From: Spizellomyces punctatus DAOM BR117 | Taxonomy: Eukaryota | Direction: 5' to 3' (one strand) | Assembly (NCBI GenBank): GCA_000182565.2 | Contig: KQ257464.1 | Length of the DNA stretch: 64,000 nucleotides | Shown: one piece after another, positions 47,765 through 61,181 of the stretch | How the letters are laid out: each line of letters starts with the position of its first letter | Position numbering within the stretch: the first letter of the stretch is position 1 | Notes under the pieces: generated by a model | The model's database searches: none | Told to the model about the DNA's origin: nothing | Seen by the model: the letters and a program-made list of their open reading frames with translations, nothing else | Made by a program: the position numbers and the translations under genes

Positions 47765-48188
47765 TCAATCATCATAACCGGCGGGAAAAGCGCGTGCGTG
47801 CTGTGGTACTGCAAGTGGAGACAATCTATCAATAATTCTAGTTGGCATTCTTGTTTAGAGTGCGGTCTTACGTGGATAGCTCTTTGGTGCGTCAACCGGT
47901 GCCTTGTAGCCCATTTCACGTCGCATAGGGTACACAGTAAGGAGTAACACAGGTCCTGATGGTATATATTCCAGTAATAAGTACGGTCATACTCATCATC
48001 AAGAGCTCACAGTCGTATTTGCCGCCTACAGACCTGTGATACCCAACACGTAGGAGAAGAAGATTGTTGGGTAGTTGTATAATTTATACCTCAAACTCGA
48101 GAATATCCTGCAGAAACGTTCCGCCATAAGCATGCGATGAGTAAAATCTAGGCGTGACAAACAGTTTACCCTACCCTGCGATGCCCAT
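47765..48188 (-). CDS. NDUFA3: NADH:ubiquinone oxidoreductase 9.5 kDa subunit (NDUFA3/NI9M), 4 small exons
   Basis: Manual splicing gives MGIAGIFSSLRYKLYNYPTIFFSYVLGITGPVLLLTVYPMRREMGYKAPVDAPKSYPLPQHARAFPAGYDD*, matching the fungal 9.5 kDa subunit pattern (P.IF.S...G..GP...P.R...YP.P..R...GYDD). Confidence 0.85.
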
Positions 48189-48566
48189 CGTTGTAAAGTG
48201 CTTGCCAACGTCGAGTTCGCCTGGCAAGATTTGCCAGTTGGGATCCAAATTGCCATGGCGCAGCAATCATTCCAATGCAATCCAAAGTAGAACCAGTCCA
48301 TCAAATTGGCTTGATTACCGACTACGTCGCCAACAGCGAGCGGCCAAACGCCGGCTTTGTGACCGTGCGTGCAACGACTCCATAACGAGACAATTTCAAA
48401 GTCAGCGGTGATCGGCAATTTCCGTCCTAGAAAGCGCATCTTTACCCGTAAGTTGCTTTTGCTCATACGAAACATCTTTCGTCACCTTTGCCAGCGCGCT
48501 TGCCAACATTCCTTTTTGCTCATCCAGTTAGTCTTATCTCAGACGCGCCGCTGTGATCGTTAAACC

Positions 48567-50321
48567 ATGCCTCCGCCAACTTCTCGCAGCGTTGAAGCCA
48601 TAGCGCGCACTGCTGTACTGGTGCGTGAAGCTGGCTTTACCTTTAAACTACGCGCCCTTTGCACCCTTCATCTGACCGCACGCAATACAGGCAACAACTA
48701 TTCGACGGAAAAATATCAAGAAGGGTCTGACCTTTACGGTCATGATTGTTGGTTAGTTACTCTGTGTGGATTGCAACATTAAGAGATTGCAACACTGCTA
48801 AACCATTGTCCTTGATGATATAATAGGGGCATCCGGTTTGGGGAAGAGCACCTTCGTGAACACTCTATGCGAGTCGCCAGTGTTCCCCAAGAAAGACTAT
48901 AGCAATCCTGAGAAGGCGGCGATTGAGCGGACAGTTGCAATCACCCCAGTTACCGTAGGTGAGTTATATGTAGACAGCAAATGCACTCCGTGGCTAGACT
49001 AAAATGTCATCTTTTTTGCTGGTAGATATGGAAGAAGATGGTAAATGAAGCTGAAAGTCGCTACTATCTCAAGCGTGGCTCTTGAAGAATTTGCTGACTT
49101 CTTCCCTTCGAATAGGTATCAAGCTATCGCTAACTATTGTAGACACACCTGGCTTTGGTGACAACATCAACAACGAGGGAAAGTGCGTAGTTGGCATCAG
49201 AAGGTCCGCTTTATGTTATTCTCATTTGCATTCCACAGCTTCCTGGACATTCTGGCGTATATCGAAAGACAATATGATGACATTTTAGCCGAGGAGTCGC
49301 GTATCAAGCGTAACCCAAAATTCCAGGGTGAGAGCATCAGCGCAATTGCCGTGATTCGAGTGTGTCTTTCTAACTTCTCAAAAAGACAACCGCGTCCATG
49401 CTCTTCTATACTTCATCACCCCAACTGGTCATTCGTGAGTGTTCTTGCAATAAGTTCAATTGCGTGCTGATTTTTGAAGCTTACTGGAGATGAATTTCTA
49501 ACAGGCTGCGCGAAATTGACATTGAATTTATGCGAAGGCTGGGCCGACGCGTCAATGTGATTCCTGTGATTGCCAAAGCCGACAGTATGAGGCCCCAGGA
49601 GTTAGCCGCTTTTAAGAAGAAGGTTATGGAGGATATTGCGTACTATAAGATTCCAATTTACAACTTCCCGTACGACGAAGAAGAGGATGATGATGAAACT
49701 ATCGAGGAGAACAATGAGCTTAGGGTAGGCATACTCTGCGTTGCGTCGGTCATCTCAACGCCCAATTCTGACGGACGGTCAATAGGCATTGTTGCCATTT
49801 TCTATCGTTGGGAGTGAGGAAGAAGTGGTGCTCAACGGCCGGAGAGTCAGATGCCGCCAATACCCGTGGGGTGTCGTAGAAGGTGAACCATCAATAGTCT
49901 ATCAATGCCAAGTGACGGGGTACTAAAGGTTGTCACTCTTTATAACAGTCGACAACTCGCGGCATTGCGATTTCTCAAAGCTGCGCTATATGCTCTTGAG
50001 GTAGCTGATGTCCTGAGAGACTTCAATATTTCTGCTTAGCTAACCAAGATCACTATCACCAGTTCTCACTTGCAGGATCTCAAGGAGATCACTCATGACT
50101 TCCTCTACGAGCAATACCGTACAGAAAAGCTTAGTAGAGAGGGAGATGTTGATCCGTACGTTCGTTTCACATTACGTGCTATAGTCTGAATCTGTTCTGA
50201 TGTAAGTTTTCTTTTCAGCGATGAATTGGCAGATGAGGAAGCCCGAACGGAAGCACAATATGCGAAGCGGCAAATGGAGATCGCGGCTGCGGAAGCGGCA
50301 CGAGGGTCAATGGATCAATAG
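48567..50321 (+). CDS. CDC11: Septin, Cdc11/AspA type
   Basis: [79 protein letters not shown] and [10 protein letters not shown]. Confidence 0.9.
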
Positions 50322-50528
50322 AATTTAGTTGAGGGAATAAACGATTTATGGCCTCTTTATAGACGCTTTTAGCGCAAGTACTGTTTAAAGAGTGGCGAGG
50401 GGCGAACCACGCCCTGCCGGTTCAGCGTCTTGCCACAAATTTTGTTATCAGCCAAGAATAAAATATTGCTCTAGACGTTCAACAAAAAAGTGTCATTGGT
50501 GATGGTCGATATATGACCGCCCTGCTGG

Positions 50529-51304
50529 CTAGGCACTTGCTGCTTCTTGCTTTTCGGTCTGTTTGCTGCAGTTAACAAAGTGACATGATCCGGGACCTGA
50601 ACAAGGTGAGACGAAGACTTGCCTCTTCCATACGTTTGAGGGTATTTATCACAGATCGTTTACTTGATTCCTGAAGCTCCCCCCCAATTAACAGCTCATC
50701 TACGTACGGAAACGTCAAGGACGGGTCAACTCAGTTGTCCTTCTTGATGAGCGTATTGGAACTTACCGATAATCATGTACGCCTGCTGGAAGTTGAATAT
50801 GATATCAAGCTCGCACACGTTGAGGAACCATTTATCCAGCACCTCCACGTATCGGTGAATAATTTCCAGTGTCAACAATTCATTATCATCCAAGTCGGTT
50901 CCGGCTATGAAGAATAAACTCGCATATCTGAGATTCAGCCATCAGCCAAACAGTCGCATACAATCTGATAGTAGACGTCCATTCTAAGTACCTTCTGTAA
51001 ACGACCTTAAAATCTTCAAAGGTGTGTTATTTCAAGACGAACTTTGGTGGATTCGACGTACTTCCGTTACCTTTGTACTCGAGAACGTTGCACATTTTGG
51101 TTTTTCGTCCCAAAACTGTTTGACTGACGTCTTTTACAGTCTTTGCCTTTTCTTTGGCTGTCCAGTCTGATGTGAACCATTTTGTCAAGCGTATCTTGCC
51201 TGTAGTTTTCAAGTTCCGAGAATGGTAAACAATGGGAATCGCAAGTACCTCCGCGCATCGATGTCACCTTGTCGAGACACCAAAAGCATGAATTTGACCG
51301 CCAT
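50529..51304 (-). CDS. APS1: AP-1 clathrin adaptor sigma subunit
   Basis: [70 protein letters not shown] and [14 protein letters not shown]. The 3' end depends on an inferred GC-AG intron. Confidence 0.92.
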
Positions 51305-51534
51305 TCTGAAGATCCGTACGGACACTAGTCAGGCTGTTCTAATGCTGGTACCTCGGCGTACGTTCGTACTTTGCTGGGAGAAGGAATCGCGTAACGTCGT
51401 TGAATATGGCGGTTGTGCTGCTTGTGCTGGATTGCTTACTAAGCCACAGCTGACTCATCGAGGATCTCGCAATCCTTTGGTTGATTTTGTCAAAGGTAGA
51501 TCGTTCTTGGTTCGTTCCTTTGGCATTGACAAAA

Positions 51535-53723
51535 ATGGCACAGATAGGAGGAACATCTTCGATACCGACGGCTTCTGGCCCATCTGCGAAACGTGCCTAT
51601 CCAACCCTTCTCGGAACTCCCATTCCGGAAAATACTCCACACGGTAGGACATACTGTTTGTGAACAAGTCAAGGTTTACCGTAGTTCTTGATACCTGTAC
51701 CAACAGCTGTATCGGTCACACTGCCAACATGGCGGGACAACGTTGGTTACGAAGAAGGCGACGAGCGGGTGCATTCGGTCCTGCGAAGTGGATACCCGCG
51801 CTTTGTTTATCATGAACAAGTGCGAAAGGTGGGTGTCTCTGCATTGTCACTTCCGTGGCGAACGCTCTTTTTGGGTAACAGTGATCTTGCTCTGAAGATT
51901 ATGGCCCTATGCGAGAAAAAGTTTGCCAAATCCACGGAAAGTTGCCTTGTATTTCCTAGCCGCCGGGTGGCCGAAGAATGCAGAGACTTCCTCCACTCAC
52001 ATTCTCAGCCTGTACGCTCTCCTGCATCTGGCTCGATCTCATTTCGGCCAAATATTTCCTCCTCACCAACCCGACGCTCCCTTGTGCGCATAGCAGAATT
52101 TGCAGTGACTCCAACCCATAACCCGTATTCCCCGCAGTCGGACGATCCAAGTACCTCCATTGTTTCCTCATTCCATATCTACGTTGTGTTATTTCCCTGT
52201 GAAGCGAAAGGCATCGCAAAACAGTTTTGGCAGCATTCTGGCGAGGGAATATCATCGCGTTTTGCCGAACATTGTCTTCGGGTGCTAAATGCTAACGACC
52301 GATCCAAGGATTTTGCTGCACCAGTACCGGGTGTTCGCGGAATGGGAAATGCACGGTATAGAAAAGGTGCGTATTTGCCTGAAGGACAGCAACAGCATCT
52401 TACTACGGCGGAAGGACAAGCAGTTCGGAATGAGCAAGATTTGTATGTTGAGGAACGCTTCGGGCGCAATCTGGACGTACGGCAAGCTGACGACGCTAAA
52501 CAACGCTTGAAGAAGCGAATCGCGGGCGTGCTAGGGGATGTAGACAACGAGTCATCAAGGGTCAACGAGATTGGCACCTCTATTATTGAGGATGTCCCTT
52601 TAAATCTAGGTGGGCGGGGAATTCTCGGCATTGCAGAGAACGACGTTTACCTCTTCCCAACTGGTATGAGTGCCATCTATAATGCACATCGCATAGTGCG
52701 AAAAATTCACCCGAATAAAAAAAGCGTTCAATACGGGTAAGTAATGCGGGCGTTTCTTAAGATTTCCGGGGGACCTGTCTGAACCTTTGATAGCTTTCCA
52801 TACTTGGATAGTCTTAAAATCCAAGAAAAGTTCGGACCAGGCTGTCATTTTCTAGGGCTTGGGGAATCCTCGGAAATTGATCACCTTGAGAACTCCATAC
52901 TTCCGTCTGAGCCAATATCGGCAGTGTTTTGCGAGTTTCCAAGCAACCCACTTTTGCGAACCCCTGATTTGCAGCGTCTACGGAGACTAGCCGATCGGCA
53001 CGCCTTCCTACTGATAGTCGATGAGACCGTTGGCAACTTCATAAATGTTGACGCGATGACGTGGGCGGATATCGTGGTGTCAAGCTTAACCAAAATTTTT
53101 AGTGGAGACAGCAACGTTATGGGAGGAAGGTGAGATGACCGCCAGATGTGACTCAAATAGGATTGGCAAGTGAAATTTAATACACGTTTAGTGCTGTGAT
53201 CAATCCGAAATCAAGATGGCACGAGGAACTCGCAGGGGGGATGAAGGAGTTATATCAAGACAATGTATGGTGTGAGGACGCCATTTTCCTGGAACGTAAT
53301 TCAAGAACCTTTGGACAGCGCATCAAAAGAATCAACGACACCGCGGAGATATTATGCGACTTTCTGCACTCGCAACCGAAGGTGCTTCAAGTGCACTATC
53401 CCAAGTACGTGGACTCCGATTTGTACCACCAGCATGCGCGACCCGATGAATCAGGGCGGTACGGATACGGAGGCTTATTTTCGCTCATCTTGCATACGGA
53501 TGACGCTGCTGTCCGGTTCTATGACGCCCTGGATGTTGCCAAGGGACCAAGTCTTGGAACCAACTTCACATTGGCAAGTCCATATACAATTTTGGCACAT
53601 TATGGAGAGCTTGATTGGGCAGCGCAATACAAGGTACCGCAACGCCTCATCCGTGTCAGTGTCGGTCTGGAGGATCCCGACACATTGCTGAAAATATTTG
53701 CAAACGCATTAAACTCAATTTAA
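51535..53723 (+). CDS. STR2: Cystathionine gamma-synthase (fungal Str2/Met-7 type)
   Basis: LGTPIP.NTPHAVSVTLPTW..NVGYEEG..SGYPRF, QFWQHSGEGISSR.AE, YVEERFGRNL, CEFPSNPLL, VDETVGNF, SSLTKIFSGDSNVMGG and KGPSLGTNFTL..PY.ILAHY.EL. Confidence 0.95.
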
Positions 53724-54253
53724 TAATTATTGGAACGCAAGAAATAGACGTTGCCAAATCAAATACATCTCCTATAAGTAGCATAATATGTAAACTCCCA
53801 AATAGCAAGCAATTAAATGTCAATGCACTTTGATCTTCGCGCAACCCTGGTGGCCTCGGCCAGTGTGTCCTCAAAGTCATCTGGCAACAGCGTGCTTCAA
53901 TCATAATATCTGGTTACCGATTTGCTCAACCGGGCGCCGATATCGCAGGAACAGCTCACAAAGCCGGGCTACGTTGCGCACATCCATGCATAGACTACTA
54001 TCATGTACAAATCTACAGCGCAAAGGATTGCGCGAACGACAAGATCTGTTGCCGAACCATGATTACGCACGTGATATACGATTTGTACAGTCATCATGCG
54101 CATATTTGCCGGATGGAATGTTGGTTTGGTTTTCCTGACGTCGGTCAACTTGTGGACTGGAAACATCTCTCCACAGGATTCATCGTTTTGTACATTTGGA
54201 ACTGCCATCCATCGAAACGCGATTGTACGAAAGCAGGCAGGAACTGAATATAT

Positions 54254-55944
54254 ATGTCTAGCCAACCCCCTCCGCCGCAACCTCAGTTTAAGCTCAAGCA
54301 GCGCAAGGTATCCTGATGACGACATTAAAGTGACGCTGTTTCCTGGCTGGCCTCAGCATGAAGTGCTTGATCCCTGCGAACGAACTGGATTTTAACGCTA
54401 CCCTTGTCCTCTCTTTACGCTCAGAGAGAAACTGTAACAAAGTATGAACCAGAGGCCTTCCGAGACTCTTTATTGAAGATTATCCCCGAGGATCCAGCTG
54501 AGATCGAAAAGTACGCTTCTATTTTGGAACTGAATGAGTCGAAAGTCGATTACAAACGCTACGGCGAACCTTTTTTTGAATTTCTGATTGTTGGAGGACT
54601 CATAGGTAGGACTTACTTTTGACGTTTGCGTGTTGACACAAATGATTGGATTGCCCTATTGACTGTGTGACACAGCACCCGGGGGAATCGTTGAGGATGG
54701 GCCGCGTAGGAACCCCTTCAGTATTTTTGCAGCCGAAGATTCCAAGGAGGCTGTCCGAGCGAGGGTGGACATAATCAAGTGCGTACTCTAGACAAACGTA
54801 ACCATCGTGAAATCGCGCGTGAACTAAAAGGGAAACTGGGATACTCTTCAGCAAGCTGACTCGTAGATACAAGTATCTGCAGAAGCGACTCGAAGAGTGT
54901 ATGTCGCACCTTCTTCAATATGTCAATAAATTTGGCGAAAACTCCCACAAGCTCTCGAGAGCTGTCGGTAGACTGATCTCCATCCAGCTGCTGCCGATAT
55001 CGGTGCTGACGAACCTAATGAAAGAGCATTTGGTCAAAGACGGTAAATCCGAATAAATGCACATGATGATCAGCTTGCTCAGACACTTACGCCGACCCTC
55101 TAGGCGCTTCCTTGCAGTTTGTTACTGGTGTATTCAGGAGTTACCTGGAGGACCAGCCCATTGACCACCTAAGCACTATTCTTAAGAAGGCAGGGTTGGA
55201 TGACAAATTGCTCGAGTTTTTTCCTCCAGGCAAACGCCAGGCGGAGTATGTTGCTCGCCATTTCGAGGCGGAGGGTTTGAAGCCACTTGTAGACTACTTC
55301 AACAAGCGCCAGCAGACGGCCGTGAAGGAGCAAGTGAAATCAAAGTTGAACGAGATGTTCTCATCCGGCACCCCACAGGAGGTTGGACATGTGTTTGCTT
55401 GTCCATGATATAGCGTAGCTAACCCAAAGTGGCACTCCGCACGCAGGCCGCAGGCTATGTTAAGCAGCAAATCGCGGTCAACAGCTGGGCCGAGACCGAT
55501 GTTGTGCCGATCATGTGGGATGCGCTGATAAGTTCAGTAGAATGGGCCGGCCGCCCTGAGCAACTCGAAAGTCAGATCAAGACGACGCTCACGGTAAGTC
55601 TGGCGGCAACGGAGCGTGTGTCCCTGCATATGAGCTAAAATATTTCTTGAAAGACATGGGGGAAAGTTCTAGCTGTATTCTGCACATCCCCAAAGACAGA
55701 AATTGGTCTCATGCTCAAGGTCCAGCAAATGTGCTATGAAGATGGACGGTTCCAAAAGCACTACCGGACTATTATTCGATATCTTTATGATGAAGATGTT
55801 GTTTCGGAAAGCGCCATCATCTACTGGTTTGAAAAGGGAGCTGGTGCATCGGGGAAGACATTGTTTGTAAAGCAGATGGAACCTTTTGTAAACTGGTTAA
55901 AGAGCCAAGACGACGATGAGAGCGAGGAAGAGGAGGACGAGTGA
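54254..55944 (+). CDS. BZW: eIF5-mimic protein (BZW/5MP; MA3-like + W2 domain)
   Basis: FKLKQRKR...YEPEAFRD, DYKRYGEPFFEFLIVGGL.APGG, KLTRRYKYLQK, KLLEFFPP.K, LY.EDVVSESAI.YW and FVKQMEPFVNWL followed by an acidic tail. Confidence 0.9.
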
Positions 55945-56041
55945 TTTTGGACAAGGAAAGTGTCATCTGTAGCGAAATACAACACTGAGTAGCTTTTAGA
56001 CGAACTATTTGTTTTTACTACGTCGCGCATTTTCATTCATG

Positions 56042-56065
56042 GTCACGTGTACAATAAGTCACGTG
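56042..56065. promoter_or_regulatory. Tandem GTCACGTG E-boxes upstream of XRN2
   Basis: Two GTCACGTGTA copies 16 bp apart, about 190 bp before the ATG. They match the RTCACRTG bHLH (Cbf1/USF-type) consensus. Confidence 0.45.
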
Positions 56066-56250
56066 TATTGCAGGACTCGTCTTTCAGTCGTTTTCCACCT
56101 CGTGGGAGCAGATCAAAACTGCTGAATCGTTTGCGACAAACCATTGCACACTTTGTCTTTGTTGCTGTCTTTGGTGCCTGACAACTCGGACGGTCTGCTG
56201 GTCGCAAGTTTTTTTTGTTTGAACAAGGAGGACTGAAAGCAACCTCCACC

Positions 56251-59200
56251 ATGGGGTAAGTTACTAAGGGTTGTTTTAGGGCAAATTCTTGAAACGGTTA
56301 TGGTGGATCACAGCTTGGCTATAACGTTGGTAACTTACGAAACAGAGTTCCGGCGCTCTTTCGATGGCTCTCTCAAAAGTATCCCAAAGTCACCTCACAG
56401 GTGATCGAAGAACAACCACGGGAGATCAATGGTCATACCATTCCGGTGGACGCCTCTAAAGTCAATCCGAACGGGGTGGAGTTTGATAATCTATACTTGG
56501 ATATGAATGGTATCATCCATCCTTGTTGCCATCCTGAGGGTAAACCGGCACCCGCGACAGAAGAGGAGATGTTTGTCGAGATTTTCAAATATATTGATCG
56601 CATCATGGCTATGATAAGGCCAAGGAAGGTCCTTTACATGGCAATTGGTACGAAATGCGGTGCAATTTTGTGTAGATGTGGTGCTCGTGCTCACTCATTC
56701 TCGCCCTACCTTATCCTTTTTCCAGATGGGGTGGCTCCGCGAGCGAAAATGAATCAACAGCGATCTCGGCGTTTTCGCGCCGCACAAGAGGCACAAATCC
56801 AACAAGAGGAGGAGGAAAGAATAAGAAAGGAATGGGAAGGTCTGATTTACTTGGTTTTGGACGACCGGGGCCATCTCACTCACTTCTCTTTAGCCGCTGG
56901 TGACAAAATGCCAGAGACCGAAAAGAAACAACATTTCGATTCAAATTGTATTACTCCTGGAACCCCGTTTATGACGAACCTGGCAGTGGCTCTGCGATAT
57001 TACATAGCAGATCGCTTAAATACGGATCCTGGATGGAGAAACGTACGTTTCTAGGTTCAAATGGTCTGCGGAAACATTGTCTGTATTGATACAAGTTTTA
57101 TTCTTTAGCTCAAAGTGATCTTATCTGATGCTAGTGTACCTGGTGAAGGAGAGCATAAGATCATGGATTATATACGAAGGCAACGGGGCCAGACTGGCTA
57201 CGATCCCAACACCCACCACGTTTTGTATGGTCTGGACGCTGATTTGATCATGCTTGCTCTTGCAACACATGAACCAAATTTCCAAATTCTGCGAGAGGAT
57301 GTGTTCTTTAATGATGCGAAAGATCGGGGATGTTTCATCTGCGGTCAGACAGGGCATCAGGCTAATGAATGCACAGGTTGGTTTCAATGTCTTATCTAAT
57401 TCTCCGTCATGCTGCCAGCTGAAATACCGTTTCAGGAAAGAAAAAAGAGAAGATTGGCGAATTTGATGAGAAAGGAAAAGTCGCTGAACAAAAGCCTTTC
57501 GTGTTCTTACATGTGAGCGTTCTACGTGAATACTTAGAAATAGAATTGAAATCTCCAGATCTTCCATTCGCATGGGACCTTGAGAGAGCTATCGATGATT
57601 GGGTTTTCCTCTGCTTCTTTGTTGGGAATGATTTCCTCCCTCATTTACCCTCACTGGAGATCCGTGAAGGTGCAATCGATAGACTAATAGAACTGTGGAG
57701 AAAGAATCTACCAAAATGGGGAAGTTATCTGACGAATAGTGGGGACATTGACCTTCAGAGAGTAGAATTGATGATGGATGACCTGGGAAAGGTTGAGGAC
57801 GATATTTTTAGAGAACGTCGTCATATCGAGGAACGGAGGAGGGAGGGAAGGAACCGTCGTAATAGGGAGCGGGAGGAAGCCGAAAGGCGGAGATATGAGC
57901 GCATGGACGCACCACCAGCCATTGTCACTGAAACACCTCCAGATTATTTACTGGAAACCTTGCAGAGTGGACGGAAACCTGAGCCCCCTGTGATCCCCAG
58001 TCGGGATGCAAACAAGGCTGCAGCAGAAGCTTTGAAGATTGCTTTGACTGGAGCAGGTCAGGATGTCACAGGCAATCCAGCTATTGAAACACATGCAGGA
58101 GTCAAAAGGAAAGCGGATTCCATTGAGAATGAGGCTACGGATGCTGTTTTTCCAGTTTCCACTGAAGTTCAGGACATATCTGATTCAGAGGAGGATGTCA
58201 CGGAGTCAAAAATTGATGATGAAAACGGTGCGGTGGATGGGGAGGGTTCAGATGAAACGCCGGAGGTGGAGGAAGAAGTAGAGGAGACAATGACTGTCGC
58301 AGATGTGCCAATTCCACACGAACCTCCGACGCACAAGCCAGCTGGAGAGGAAGAGGAACCCTATGACGATGTTCGACTATGGGAATCGGGGTGGAAACAG
58401 CGGTATTATAAAAACAAATTTGACGTAGAAGTGACGGACGTCGCTTTCCGTCGAAGGTATGAACATCCTGAAAACGTGTGCTAGAACCTTTATGTTGCAC
58501 AAGCTCATCTTCTTATTGATAACCCTTTAGAGTGGTGACTTCGTACGTTGAGGGGTTATGCTGGGTTTTGAAGTATTACTATCAAGGCTGCCAATCTTGG
58601 AAATGGTATTTCCCGTACCACTACGCTCCATTTGCCTCGGACTTCGATTTCATTGGAGAGCTCAATATCGTCTTCGAGCTCGGCACACCCTTTCGACCGG
58701 TTGAACAACTTATGGGGGTCTTGCCTGCTTACAGTAGACAGCACATTCCGCCCGCCTTCCAACCGTTGATGACCGATTCCGATTCGCCAATCATTGATTT
58801 TTATCCGGAAAAATTCCCGATTGACTTGAACGGAAAAAAGTTTGCGTGGCAAGGTAATTCGTAAAAGAAGTTATGGCTACCGCAGGACACAAATAAATAT
58901 CTATGATTTATAAATTCAGGCGTCGCTCTCCTGCCCTTCATCGATGAGAATAGGCTGCTGCAAGCGCTAGAAACAAGGTATCACCTATTGACCGAAGAGG
59001 AAGTGCAGCGTAACTCAAAAGGGGATGAAGTCCTCGTGGTCGGAGGTAGTCATGGTCTGTTTGAACCATTCTGTTCTCTTTACGGTAGACAAGCGGAGCA
59101 AACGGTGAGAAGCTCGAGTTTGCAATCTCGTATTGGCTTCAGACTGACAGAATACTTCCGGCAGCCAATTCCAATTGATGCGAGGCTCAGCCAGAAGTTT

Positions 59201-60329
59201 TTTGGTTCCGTTTTGCCAGACCCCAACGCCTGCTTACCTGGGAGCACCTTCGAATCACCTCTCTCTGCCTATGGTCTGGACGATATCAGTAACAATCACT
59301 CAATTAGGTGAGTCCTTGATTAGTTCAGATCAGTCTAGAGCATCTTCTCACCCCTGAATTCAGCGTACTGTATTACATGCCCGAAGTAGCACCTGGCCAT
59401 ATTTTCAAGGCTGAATTGTTACCAGGGGCACAATTTCCTAGTCCAGTCCTTGATGCTAATGACGCATATGCGGTTCGTATGGGTTACAACGGTCGTCGTG
59501 GTCGTGGTCGTGGTCGAGGGGGTGCGGCCGGTCGTTTCATCAGGTACTTTAGTGTGTGCACCTGTGTTACCTTGTAAAAGGTGAAATTTATGGACTCTTT
59601 GTAGACACGGTATGGGGGCAGGCAACACTTTTGGCCGACAGGGCTACGATAACGGCGCCCAAAGCTATGATGGGCGACGCAATGATTATCAGCATGACAA
59701 TAAGCGATCGCGCTACGATTCCCGAAATCAACACTCGGGAACCGGACTTCCGTATATGGGTAAGGTTCAGGTGTTCTCTAGTTTGTCTCAGTCATCCGCG
59801 CCGTTCTTACCCACGCGAGCAGGTGGCGGCGGATATGAACCGTATTCAAGTGGTAGCGGCGAATATCAACAAGGAGGGAACCAACAGTATGGAAGCTATC
59901 AAGCACAAGCATCGGTAAGATTACCTTTCTTGGATACGCGACAAACCGTGGCTCATTGAGGCTCACTTTCCGCTGTCTATCTTCCAGTACGGAGGAGGAT
60001 ATATTCCTAATGCGAACTCTGGTTACCAACAGAACCGAGGTTACCAAGGTGGATACACTGGTTCAGCCGTTGCACCGCCCGGAGTGACATCATGGAACCA
60101 AACCCCCGCTAGCAATCAGGCCGGTTATAACAGATCAGGTTATGGTCCACCCGGAGCGGCGGGCAGTGAGAGTGGTGGGAGACCTCACGCTGGGAATCTT
60201 GGCTGGAGTCGCAATGTCTCGGCCAATCGTGGGTCTTCGCGAGGGTCGGGGGGATATGGAGGCAAATTTCGAGGCGCCAATCGTCGACGTGCTAACGAAA
60301 GCCAGGGTAGAGATTTTAAACCATACTGA
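56251..60329 (+). CDS. XRN2: Nuclear 5'-3' exoribonuclease Xrn2/Rat1/Dhp1
   Basis: [71 protein letters not shown], Zn knuckle [22 protein letters not shown] and a G/R/Y-rich tail. Confidence 0.98.
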
Positions 60330-60750
60330 GCTCGCAACCTTGTAGCATTCCATGTATTTTTTTCTTTTGTAGCAGACTAGTTTCTTTCATTTCATCTTGT
60401 TTGTGATAACATTTATTGTAAGAAAGATGCCATGGTTTCTTGTTGTTAGACCGCCAATTACCGAGACCAGGGAATGAATGGTGCAGTACCTGAGACCCAG
60501 CCCAGATTGCCACGTCACTTGCAGGCACCTGTCAATCGGTATGCCCAGCATAAAAACGGAATTTGGGTAATAGATTATTGAGATCATAGCACTCAGCCCG
60601 CTGCTTCTCAAACTTCGGGTGACTGCATGGATGATACGATGAAACCGTGTTGGTTTCTTTTGACGTTCAGGTTGAAATATAAATCGTCGCAGAGATTTGT
60701 TTGTCTGCTGTGGTTGACATTTTCCCCGTTGCCTTATACCATCATCAGTC

Positions 60751-61181
60751 ATGGACCTGCGCATAAGGTTTCTTACAATGCTCATCATTAGTATTTGCCT
60801 TCTCCGCGTGCAACCCGTTCAAACTTGTGGTGCACATCATAATGTGCCATATGCACACCAAGATGTTTGTAAGTGTGGGACGTCTATATACCTTATCTAT
60901 GGATCCTCTGATTTCATGCTCTTACTTTGGGTGACGTGCACAGCTCACGGGTACTGCGACATGAGTCTGGAAACTGCAATTTCTCGATGCAAGAGTACCT
61001 ATGGTGAGAACGGAAAAGGTCTCCAGCATTGCATCAGCGGAGCACAGAGGTATGTCTTAAGCGTCATGACTACCGATTCCTTTGGTATATTTCATTCAAT
61101 CGCTTCCCACAATTGAACAGGGTTTACGGTCGTTGCATAGCTGAAGCTGATAAAGTTCAGCAGCTACGTGTACAGCAGTGA
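60751..61181 (+). CDS. Small, probably secreted Cys-containing protein (3 exons)
   Basis: Signal-peptide-like MDLRIRFLTMLIISICLLRVQPVQTC. Canonical donors at 60869 and about 61049 splice in frame to ...SHGYCDMSLETAISRCKSTYGENGKGLQHCISGAQRVYGRCIAEADKVQQLRVQQ*. Confidence 0.6.

Noticed and set aside
51688-52740. Apparent insertions in ORF-track proteins (STR2, XRN2, FKBP, DUF421)
   Set aside because: These are ordinary stop-free introns of 3n length that the ORF finder read through, not inteins or novel domains.
59491-59520. GGTCGT tandem repeat
   Set aside because: It encodes the RG-rich tail of XRN2 and is not an independent repeat or CRISPR-like array.
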